NCBI GenBank assembly: GCA_041572575.1
Contig: JBFFSH010000032.1
Span: forward strand, 1 to 26,603
Length of the DNA stretch: 26,603 nucleotides
From: Thermodesulfobacteriota bacterium
Lineage (GTDB): Bacteria; Desulfobacterota_D; UBA1144; Nemesobacterales; N074bin48
Direction: 5' to 3'
Of this stretch, positions 8,699 through 17,287 are shown piece after piece. Below the pieces are notes generated by a model, which was given only the letters and a program-made list of their open reading frames with translations, was not told where the DNA came from and made no database searches. A program made the position numbers and the translations under genes. Each line of letters opens with the position of its first letter. Within the stretch, counting starts at the first letter, position 1.

Positions 8699-9982
8699 AT
8701 GTGGGAACAAATAAGAAAAAATAAAAGAAACTCTGTCATCTTGGTTTTGTGCATGGCTGTTGTTTTGTTTATTTTAGGATATTTCCTTGGTGAATATCTG
8801 TACCCGGGATACGGTATTTATGGACTTTATGCAGCATTTGGCCTATGGTCTGTTCAGTCTACTGTTAGTTTTTTTGCCGGTGATAAGATTGTGCTTGGCA
8901 TAAGCAAGGCAAGAAAAATTAACAGGGACATGCATCCAACACTTTATAATGTTGTAGAAGAGATGAAAATAGCATCAAGCCTTCCAAAGGTTCCCGATGT
9001 TTATATTATCGATGATCCTGCCCTAAACGCCTTTGCAACAGGCAGAAAACCCGAGACATCTGCAGTCGCTGTAACTTCGGGGCTTTTAGAAGTTTTAACA
9101 AGAGACGAGCTTCAGGGTGTTATCGCTCATGAAGTGGCCCATATAAAAAACCGGGATGTTCTTTTTATGACCATGGTTGGGATAATGATGGGAACTATTG
9201 TTCTTCTTGCTGATCTCGGACTAAGGCATATGTTTTGGGGCGGAGGGGGACGCAGGAGAACTTCAAGAGACGAAGGTGGACAAATTCAGGCAGTAATAAT
9301 GATTATTGCAGTAATTTTTATAATACTCTCACCAGTTATTGCCCAACTTATATACTTTGCAATTTCAAGAAAAAGGGAATATCTTGCCGATGCAGGAGCT
9401 GTTCAGTTTACCCGGTACCCACTTGGTCTAGCAGGAGCTCTCGAAAAAATCGGCAGCAGCACTGACCAGCTAAAATCTGCAACCAAGGCTACGGCTCCAA
9501 TGTATATAGCAAACCCATTCAAAGGAAAGAAGCAAAGTCTTAAAAACCTCAGCAGTACACATCCTCCGCTTGATGAGAGAATAAAAATATTAAGAAACAT
9601 GACAGGAGCAGGACTCGGTGATTATGACAATGCTTATAAGAAAACAACTGGAAAACCTGTAGGAACAATCCCCAAATCTGCGCTGGAAACTGAAAAATCG
9701 TCACCACTTGGAACTGTTTTTCCTGAAATGGGCCTTGTGGCCGGAGCAGCGATTCAAAAAGAAGCAACTATGACCCCTGATGCTAAAATACAAATTACAA
9801 CAGATAAAGCAGAGGCACATATTAACCGCACAAGAGAAACTACTGATGCTCTATGGAAGTTAAATGAATACAAATTTATAGAGTGTGAATGTGATACAAA
9901 CCTAAAAATACCAGAAGCTTATTCAAATAAGGTAATTGAATGCCCTCATTGTTTAAAAAATCATAGAGTAGCTCAATTATGA
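8699..9982 (+). CDS. htpX: HtpX-like M48 zinc metalloprotease with C-terminal zinc-ribbon-like extension
   Basis: NAFATG, HEVAH (HExxH), SRKREYLAD and STHPP motifs; TM helices; C-terminal CxC...CPHC. Confidence 0.88.
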   Translation: MWEQIRKNKRNSVILVLCMAVVLFILGYFLGEYLYPGYGIYGLYAAFGLWSVQSTVSFFAGDKIVLGISKARKINRDMHPTLYNVVEEMKIASSLPKVPDVYIIDDPALNAFATGRKPETSAVAVTSGLLEVLTRDELQGVIAHEVAHIKNRDVLFMTMVGIMMGTIVLLADLGLRHMFWGGGGRRRTSRDEGGQIQAVIMIIAVIFIILSPVIAQLIYFAISRKREYLADAGAVQFTRYPLGLAGALEKIGSSTDQLKSATKATAPMYIANPFKGKKQSLKNLSSTHPPLDERIKILRNMTGAGLGDYDNAYKKTTGKPVGTIPKSALETEKSSPLGTVFPEMGLVAGAAIQKEATMTPDAKIQITTDKAEAHINRTRETTDALWKLNEYKFIECECDTNLKIPEAYSNKVIECPHCLKNHRVAQL

Positions 9983-10027
9983 GCTACTCCATGAATTATA
10001 CTTAATAACAAGAAGGATTTAAGAATT

Positions 10028-10588
10028 TTAAGAATTTAGGCTGATTTTAAAACGTTCCTGCCAGTTACCTCTCTTTTCTTCATATTTCATAGCCCATGCT
10101 ATGGATGTGGCTATCTGATTTACAAGATATAGTAGTGTCTTATCTTTTTGAGGATCATAGTTATATTCATCATCACTGAAAATCCATAAAGCCCCTTGAG
10201 CATCGCCAGTGTAGCTTAGAGAAATAGGAATACCTAATGCACCTTTTTTGTTTAGTGATCTTAAATCAAATCCAAATGATTCATCTTCCTGTACATTTTT
10301 AATATTTATAATCTTATTCTCTTTTATTACTTCCCATAATTTACCGCTCGATTCATCCATTTCCGATGAACTCTCTACATACCTTGGAGGTACATTTTTC
10401 TTTCCGGTTAGATGAGCCTTCCCTGTATCTTTATCAAGTAAATAAATCATCACGACATCAATATTGTAAAAATCCGTCAGATAATTCATTGATGTCTCAA
10501 ACAGATTCTCTGTTTCGTTTGTAGAACTCGCAAGCTTGTTTAAGTTCCTCATAACTTCTTCCTGATTTACTTCAGCATGTTGGATCAT
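10028..10588 (-). CDS. Stand-alone GAF-domain protein
   Basis: MIYLLDKDTG..L, INIKNVQED, ALGIPI, GALWIFS and LVNQIATSI are GAF hallmarks; SD GGAGG. Confidence 0.8.
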   Translation of the reverse strand: MIQHAEVNQEEVMRNLNKLASSTNETENLFETSMNYLTDFYNIDVVMIYLLDKDTGKAHLTGKKNVPPRYVESSSEMDESSGKLWEVIKENKIINIKNVQEDESFGFDLRSLNKKGALGIPISLSYTGDAQGALWIFSDDEYNYDPQKDKTLLYLVNQIATSIAWAMKYEEKRGNWQERFKISLNS

Positions 10589-10626
10589 TTCTTAATCCCT
10601 CCTGTTTGCTATTTGAAATAGTAAAT

Positions 10627-10642
10627 TGCAAATATAATGCCA
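10627..10642 (-). promoter_or_regulatory. sigma54 (-24/-12) promoter
   Basis: Minus strand TGGCATTATATTTGCA, near-consensus TGGCA-N6-TTGCA, 38 nt upstream of the GAF gene start. Confidence 0.75.
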
Positions 10643-10885
10643 ACTTTATATTTGTACCCATTTATGCTATATGCAACTTACTCAAAAACATAATTATCTA
10701 ATCATTTAAATGAGTTATGACATTTATCAATTAACTAAACTATTTAACCACGATAAATTAATATATATTTACTTCAAACCCAACGATCATAAAATATAAA
10801 GACGGGAATAAATTCCCTTAATTATTCTAAGTCTTTAATCGCTCTAATATAGACATTCCAAAATAATTGTTTTAATATTAATTGT

Positions 10886-11008
10886 ATGGGTCAATTAACT
10901 GAATTATTCTCAAATTTATCTAATTCTTTAGACGATATTCCCAATTACTACTATCTAGGCGCTGCGGTGCTTTTTGCCCTCATTTTTTATTTCGCAGTAA
11001 AAAGGTAA
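10886..11008 (+). CDS. Putative 40-aa single-pass membrane peptide
   Basis: MGQLTELFSNLSNSLDDIPNYYYLGAAVLFALIFYFAVKR*; hydrophobic helix followed by KR; below the ORF-track cutoff; no clear SD. Confidence 0.5.
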   Translation: MGQLTELFSNLSNSLDDIPNYYYLGAAVLFALIFYFAVKR

Positions 11009-11117
11009 TTGCGGCATTTATAGTACTATTTAATAAACATATTATAAAAACCAGTGTGGTAGAGTTTAAATACTCCTGCATGTTGGATTTCAGTTCTTTT
11101 TCAGATAAGATTCTTCC

Positions 11118-11705
11118 ATGCCAAGAAAAGCAAAAGTAAAAAGAAAGACTTCAGAAGTGGATGTTTCTATCGACATTAATCTAGATGGAAGTGGAAATTA
11201 CCAGATTTCTACTGGAGTAGCATTTTTTGATCACATGCTCGAACAGTTTTCCAAACATGGGTTTTTTGACTTAACACTAAAAGCGAAAGGTGATATTGAA
11301 ATAGACTTCCATCATACAGTGGAAGATGTTGGGATAACGCTTGGCGATGCTATACAAAAAGCGCTAGGAGACAAAAAAGGTATAAAAAGATTTGGTCATG
11401 CATATGTACCTTTTGACGAAACCCTGGTATTTGCAGCTGTTGATCTGAGTGGACGTCCTTTTTGCGTTTACAATATGCAGACCCCAAAAAGCAAAGTTGG
11501 TGAATTTGACACTGAACTTGCCGAGGAGTTCTTTAAATCTTTTACAAACTCTTTAAAATGCAATCTGCACATTGAACTTAAATATGGTGATAACCTGCAC
11601 CATATAATAGAGGCTACTTTTAAAGCAGTTGCAAGGGCGCTTGATACAGCTACCTCTATAGACCCGCGCTCAAACAAAATACCTTCAACAAAAGGGATGC
11701 TCTAG
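11118..11705 (+). CDS. hisB: Imidazoleglycerol-phosphate dehydratase
   Basis: [22 protein letters not shown] and PSTKG motifs. Confidence 0.97.
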   Translation: MPRKAKVKRKTSEVDVSIDINLDGSGNYQISTGVAFFDHMLEQFSKHGFFDLTLKAKGDIEIDFHHTVEDVGITLGDAIQKALGDKKGIKRFGHAYVPFDETLVFAAVDLSGRPFCVYNMQTPKSKVGEFDTELAEEFFKSFTNSLKCNLHIELKYGDNLHHIIEATFKAVARALDTATSIDPRSNKIPSTKGML

Positions 11706-11708
11706 GCT

Positions 11709-12350
11709 ATGATTGCCATTGTAGACTACGGCATGGGTAACCTTAGGAGTGTAAGTAAAGCTTTTGAAAGTCAGGGCTTTTCATCCAAGATTACTAATGA
11801 CTCTGATACCATTATGAGTTCAAACGGTCTTGTACTCCCTGGTGTAGGTGCATTTGGAGACTGTATTAAAAATCTAAAAGAATATAAACTCTTCGACTTA
11901 ATTCCGGAGTACATACAAACCGGAAAACCATACTTGGGTATTTGCCTTGGCTACCAGATACTTTTTGAAAGCAGCGAAGAATCCCCTGATCAAAAAGGGC
12001 TTGGGTTTATAAAAGGAAAGGTAATCAAGTTTGATTTTGAAAAAGAGTTAAACCTCAAAATTCCTCACATGGGTTGGAATCAGATTAATATAAAGAAACA
12101 ATCTGAGATATTAGATGGAATTGATGATAAAAGCTGGTTTTATTTTGTGCACTCATACTATCCTGTTCCTGCTGATAGCAACATAGTCGCAATTACAGCA
12201 GATTATGGAGGCGAATTTACAGCAGCCATTCAAAAGGATAACGTGTTTGCTTGTCAGTTCCACCCGGAAAAAAGTAGTGATCTGGGGCTTAAGATAGTTA
12301 GAAATTTTGCCAGAAAGTGTGGTCTGAGATTAGAAGATAAAGCTGTTTAA
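11709..12350 (+). CDS. hisH: Imidazole glycerol phosphate synthase glutaminase subunit
   Basis: DYGMGNLRSV, LPGVG, GICLG, PHMGWN and QFHPEKS; directly follows hisB. Confidence 0.97.
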   Translation: MIAIVDYGMGNLRSVSKAFESQGFSSKITNDSDTIMSSNGLVLPGVGAFGDCIKNLKEYKLFDLIPEYIQTGKPYLGICLGYQILFESSEESPDQKGLGFIKGKVIKFDFEKELNLKIPHMGWNQINIKKQSEILDGIDDKSWFYFVHSYYPVPADSNIVAITADYGGEFTAAIQKDNVFACQFHPEKSSDLGLKIVRNFARKCGLRLEDKAV

Positions 12351-14380
12351 TTCATTTCTGTATCAATATCTCCGGCATATATAGCTTTATAAGCTCCGTA
12401 AGTTCTTAACACTCGCCTCACATAATTTCTCGTTTCCCTAAATGGAATTTCCTCTACAAACTCATCCATATTAAGACCGGGAAATCTTTTTTGCCATTCA
12501 TAGATGCGGTGAGGCCCAGCGTTATAACCACCCAGGGCAAAAAATACATTGCCGCCAAATTCATCCAATACTTTCTTAAAATAATAAGAGCCCAGCCTTA
12601 TGTTTGTTTCAGGATCTGTAAGCTTAGCTTTACTATAGTTTTTGATCCCAAGCTCCTTTGCGGTTGTTCTTCCGGTAGCAGGAATGAGCTGCATAAGACC
12701 AATTGCTTTTGCTGGAGATACTACATCTTTTTGATACCTGCTCTCCTCTCTCATTATGGAGTAAACAATGTTTTCATCCACTCCGTAGAGCTTTGAATAT
12801 TTCTTTACAATTTCACTATACCCCTGAGGGTATGAAAGCCTCAGAGCATCCGGATGGTTAATACCCTGAACTACTTGAATGGCATTATAAAAATCATTTG
12901 CTTTACTATATAGAATACTAAGGTCGATAAAATCACTGACTGATTTTGCAGCATTATGAAGATATTTCACTTCAAGAAGCGCATCATCTAATATGCCAAG
13001 TTCAATAAGCAGTAGCGCCTTTGCTATTCTCTTCGAATCAGATTTTGATGTATCCAGTGTTTCATTTTTAATTTTTGATTTATCATCATAACCGGTTTTT
13101 ATCTGAGCGAGATAGGGGTAATATGATGGGAAAAATCTTCCGGCAAGACGTTTATAAATATAATTAGCCTGTTTGTCATTTCCCAGTTTTTCTAACGTAC
13201 GCGCGCTCCAGTATTCCGATCTCGTAGAAGTAAAAGACGAGCCTGAGTTAATGAATCCCGTAAATGTATTGTGTGCCTTTAAATATTCATTTTGTTTATA
13301 ATATATCCATCCCAGGTTCCATGACGCTTCTTCTGCATATTCTGTTTTAGGATATTTTTTTATTAACTGCTCATACACTTTTATTGCATCATCAAGTTTT
13401 TTATCTATCTCGTAGAGCTTTGCAGCGTTAAATAGTGCCTGAGGAGCAAAGTGACTGTTTGGATGGCTTTTTACAAGCTGCAGATGTATATTTGCAGCAA
13501 GCTCATTCATATCCTGCTTAGCCCGGATTTGAGCCTGCCAGAACAGCGACTTGGATGAATTTATTTTACCCAGTATCTCAAGTGCTCTAGTATAATGCCC
13601 GATCCTCAAATAACTGATGGCAGTGTTTACCTTAACAGCTAAAGTCTGCGGAGATTTTTTATAGTTTTTAAGAGCTGAATTCCAGTTTGAAGAGATGAAA
13701 AATTTTTGAGCCCTGCTGTAATAATCATTTGGAGAAATTTTAAATAGAAGATTGTTATCTTTAGCAATGTTAAGAGCCAGCTCATTTGAAAGTTTAGAAT
13801 ATTTAGAGGTTGGATACTGTATCCACAGGCTCTTGTAAGTGTTTATAGCCTCCTGTAATTTATTCTGCCCCTTTAGCGAATTTGCAACACCGAATAAATA
13901 CTCCGGTTTTTTCTTATCTTTTATCTCTGCACTATAAAGATCCTGGTAAAGCTCCCTGGCTTTTGCATATTCTTTTTGCTGAAAATAAATCTCGGCAAGA
14001 CTCTCAGAAACTCGTTTTTTAAGAGTACTATTTGGATATTTACTTGCAAGCTCATGATACAGCTTTAAAGCCATATCATTATTTTTTAGCTTATGATAGG
14101 AAAAAGCTCTGTAATAAATATTATGATCAGATAAAACTGGAAGCTTATCCGATACATTTTCAAAAAGCTCGATGGCCTCAGAGTAATTTTCTTGTTTTAC
14201 ATTACAATAGGCACGTCTGTATATATTGTTTGCTTCATTAGACCTCTCTTTTTCACCAAGTACCACCTCACAATCAATAGGTACCGACGCCCTTAGATCA
14301 GTGTTAAAAGCTGCAATAAAAACAAAAAATCCAAAAATAATTTTTAGTAGTTTTTTCATAGAAAGAATAAATTTCATCAT
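12347..14380 (-). CDS. slt: Soluble lytic murein transglycosylase (Slt70-like) with TPR repeats
   Basis: Signal peptide, TPR helices, and SLT motifs REES, GLMQL, YNAG and ETRNYV. Confidence 0.92.
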   Translation of the reverse strand: MMKFILSMKKLLKIIFGFFVFIAAFNTDLRASVPIDCEVVLGEKERSNEANNIYRRAYCNVKQENYSEAIELFENVSDKLPVLSDHNIYYRAFSYHKLKNNDMALKLYHELASKYPNSTLKKRVSESLAEIYFQQKEYAKARELYQDLYSAEIKDKKKPEYLFGVANSLKGQNKLQEAINTYKSLWIQYPTSKYSKLSNELALNIAKDNNLLFKISPNDYYSRAQKFFISSNWNSALKNYKKSPQTLAVKVNTAISYLRIGHYTRALEILGKINSSKSLFWQAQIRAKQDMNELAANIHLQLVKSHPNSHFAPQALFNAAKLYEIDKKLDDAIKVYEQLIKKYPKTEYAEEASWNLGWIYYKQNEYLKAHNTFTGFINSGSSFTSTRSEYWSARTLEKLGNDKQANYIYKRLAGRFFPSYYPYLAQIKTGYDDKSKIKNETLDTSKSDSKRIAKALLLIELGILDDALLEVKYLHNAAKSVSDFIDLSILYSKANDFYNAIQVVQGINHPDALRLSYPQGYSEIVKKYSKLYGVDENIVYSIMREESRYQKDVVSPAKAIGLMQLIPATGRTTAKELGIKNYSKAKLTDPETNIRLGSYYFKKVLDEFGGNVFFALGGYNAGPHRIYEWQKRFPGLNMDEFVEEIPFRETRNYVRRVLRTYGAYKAIYAGDIDTEMN

Positions 14381-14394
14381 ATTAGTTTAGTTAA

Positions 14395-15216
14395 TTAAAC
14401 TACCGACTTAGGATCAAAATAGTCTCTAAGGCTCTCTCCCAGCATATTAAACGAAAATGCTGTTACAAATATAGCGATGCTTGGAAATGCGATTAAGTGT
14501 GGAAATGTTCTCATCCCCTGCCAGCCGGTGCTTGCAAGAGTACCCCAGCTCGACTCTGGCGGCCTTATTCCAAGCCCCAAAAAACTTAGAGTGGATTCTG
14601 CCAATATTGCATAAGGCACAGAAAAAGTAAGGGTGATTATCAGCGGGCTTAAGATATTTGGGAATATGTGTCTGAAAAATACTCTAAGCGGTGAAGCCCC
14701 CAGGCTTCTTGCAGATTCTATAAAGTCATAGTTTTTCACCTGTAAAACACTCCCTCTTACAACTCTTGCAACCCTCATCCATCCCGTAACACTTAGAGCA
14801 AGAATAATTCCAAAAAGGCTCTGACCCAAGATAAGCATTACCAGTACTATCAGCAACAAATCCGGAAGGGAATAGAATACGTCAACAATTCTCATTAGAA
14901 GTTCATCTATCTTCCCACCCAAATACCCCGATAGCCCTCCATATGCGGTTCCAATGAAAAGCGCCAGAAGAGCAGTCCCTATGGCTACAATCATAGATAC
15001 CCTCGAGCCATATATAACCCTGCTTAGAAGGTCCCTTCCTTCCTGATCCGTGCCCATAGGGTGTGCTTTTGATGGAGATTGCAGAATATTGGAAAAATTT
15101 GTCTTATCATATTTGTACGGAGAAATAGCGGGCGCAAAGATTGCGATGCAAACAATTGCTGCTATTACAGCTGAGCTTACTATTAATTGTATTTTTAGAA
15201 GCAAGGTTAAACCCAA
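14395..15216 (-). CDS. Peptide ABC transporter permease (OppC/DppC family)
   Basis: HPMGTD..GRDLLSR, EAA loop FIESARSLGAS, ESTLSFLGLG; TTG start is uncertain. Confidence 0.92.
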   Translation of the reverse strand: MGLTLLLKIQLIVSSAVIAAIVCIAIFAPAISPYKYDKTNFSNILQSPSKAHPMGTDQEGRDLLSRVIYGSRVSMIVAIGTALLALFIGTAYGGLSGYLGGKIDELLMRIVDVFYSLPDLLLIVLVMLILGQSLFGIILALSVTGWMRVARVVRGSVLQVKNYDFIESARSLGASPLRVFFRHIFPNILSPLIITLTFSVPYAILAESTLSFLGLGIRPPESSWGTLASTGWQGMRTFPHLIAFPSIAIFVTAFSFNMLGESLRDYFDPKSVV

Positions 15217-15234
15217 GATTAAATTAAAATTATA

Positions 15235-15585
15235 TTAATCTTTTTTATTGTACGAGGCCCTAACGATAGTTTTGATTCCTCCCCTTACGTTAAAGTCTCC
15301 CGTGACTGTTGCTCTAATAGGTTTACATACTGAAACTACATCATCAAGTATTTTATTTGTTACATGCTCATGAAACTCACCCTCGTTTCTGTAGGCAAAC
15401 ATATAAAGCTTAAGGGATTTAAGCTCAATGCAAAGTTTATCCGGTACATATTTAATGTTTATAACAGCAAAATCAGGCTGGCCTGTTTTTGGACAGAGTG
15501 CGGTAAATTCAGGGCATGTAATATCAATCTCATACTCCCTTCCCTGATATTCATTCTCAAATGTTTCTAATATTTTTTTATCCAT
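15235..15585 (-). CDS. queF: NADPH-dependent preQ0 reductase (preQ1 synthase), unimodular type
   Basis: PEFTALCPKTGQPDF, ELKSLKLY, FHE and RGG motifs. Confidence 0.96.
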   Translation of the reverse strand: MDKKILETFENEYQGREYEIDITCPEFTALCPKTGQPDFAVINIKYVPDKLCIELKSLKLYMFAYRNEGEFHEHVTNKILDDVVSVCKPIRATVTGDFNVRGGIKTIVRASYNKKD

Positions 15586-15724
15586 TTTGTTTTCAGATTA
15601 ATAAAATTACGAATTAATGGCAATGCTCCACGCACAAATATTGCCATTTTACTTTAAATTTTCAAACAATTGGGTGTAAGTCTTGACTGATGGGCAATTT
15701 TATAAAATAATAACAGTCTTTTCC

Positions 15725-15798
15725 TGGGGCATAGTACAATGGCAGTGCGGCGGACTCTGGCTCCGCAAATCTAGGTTCGAATCCTAGTGCCCCAGCCA
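15725..15798 (+). tRNA. tRNA-Gln (anticodon CTG)
   Basis: Cloverleaf: acceptor TGGGGCA/TGCCCCA (U1-A72), anticodon arm GCGGA-CT CTG GC-TCCGC, T arm CTAGG-TTCGAAT-CCTAG, 3' GCCA. Confidence 0.97.
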
Positions 15799-17265
15799 TT
15801 CAGAATAGGTAGTGCAATCTACCATTAAATCGAATGGTTTTTTCAAATGATATTCGAGGGTTACGCCTCTTAACTGCAAGTTCGAAAATACATAGTTTAT
15901 AAGTTTGCGTTTTTGCTCTATATTCGAACTTTCAAATATTTCATATGCCTTGGATGCTAGAGAAAGTACAGTCTTTACAGTAACTTGGAAAGATTCATCA
16001 GCTTTGAGATATTTTTTTATTTGTTCATTAATATCGTACTGCCTATTTTTGAGCTCTTGACATTTTCTTTCATGGTCATCCGAAGTAATACTCTCATCTA
16101 TTAATAGGTCTAGTAGCCTATCTAATTTCTTTTGTATATCTTTATTTTCTTTTTCTAGTTCAGTTATAGCCCTTGCCTGATGATCTTTTTCTGAATCGTG
16201 CATAACTTTCAAATGTTCAGTAACTGATAAAAGCATATCTTTTTCAATTCTTATAGACTGAAACACATCTTTAATTTGATCTAGCACTATTTTTTCTGGA
16301 ACGAACATTTTTTTACCCGGATTATTCGGGTCTCTACAAATTAGATATACATATTTACCTTTCTTTAAATCAGAAGTAACAGCTTTTCCAGAAATAGCAC
16401 ATGTTAACAATCCTCTGAAAATGAATGGTTTTTTAGTCTGTCTAGGAGCTTTTGAATTTGAACGCCCTGTTCTAATTTGCTGACATTTATCCCAAGTAAA
16501 TTTATCAATTATTGGTGGATATTTATGTTTATATAGTTTTCCAACTGACAACATTTCCCCATAGTAAAATGGGTTCTTAATCATATGATGTATTTGACTT
16601 GTTGATAAGTAAGTTTTTGTATTTTCTTTATTTCTAAGACCCCACTCTTTAGCTTTTTTTGCTAATTCTCCAAATGAATATGCACCAGTTGAATATTCAA
16701 CAAACAATTTCTTAACTACAAATGCTCAGTCTTTATCAATAACAATTGAATTTCTACCACTATCGTTATCAGAAACATTCGTATAGCCTATAGGAGCCTT
16801 GCCACCCCATTCACCATTCTCTCTTTTTGTATGTAAAGCACTTCTGACTTTCTCACTTAATATATCTACTTGATTTTGTGCTACTGCAATGCCAATATTC
16901 CATACGAGTTTATCACTTGCACTAGAATGCTTATGAATAATTTTATTTTCGTTAATAAAATGTATTTCAATGATCTCATCGTTAATATAATTATCTAACA
17001 AAGGATACTCTTTAAAACTTCTCTGCAATCGGTCTATGTGTGTAACGACTAAAGCGATAGTTGAATGTTGTCTGCTGATATAATCTAGCATTGCTCTAAA
17101 TTCTTTTCTATCTCCACGAGTAGAAGATTCTACAATCTGATATGTTTTGATAACATCTAAATTTTTTCTATTACAGTAATCGGTTAACTGTTCAGTTTGT
17201 GTTTGTATACTGTAGCCATCTTGCTGTTCCTTACTTGATACCCTTGCTAAAATTATTGCTTTCAT
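15784..17265 (-). pseudogene. Large serine recombinase (493 codons) interrupted by one in-frame TGA at 16726-16728
   Basis: True start MKAIILARVSS (ATG 17265); catalytic RVSS..Q, ES and DRLQR motifs; recombinase domain NPFYYG, HKYPPII; coiled coil. The two track ORFs are in one frame: ..IDKD*AFVVKKLFVEYSTG.. Confidence 0.88.
15789..15795 (+). repeat. Left attachment-site core (GCCCCAG) inside the tRNA acceptor stem
   Basis: Context GTTCGAA-tcct-AGTGCCCCAG, shared with the right junction. Confidence 0.6.
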
Positions 17266-17287
17266 AATACTAATTATTGCTCCTTTC

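Noticed and set aside
15683..15711. sigma70 promoter for the tRNA (TTGACT)
   Set aside because: No good -10 hexamer at 16-18 nt spacing, so it cannot be supported.
15586..15720. preQ1 riboswitch upstream of queF
   Set aside because: No recognisable preQ1-I stem/loop with A-rich tail; only a generic hairpin.
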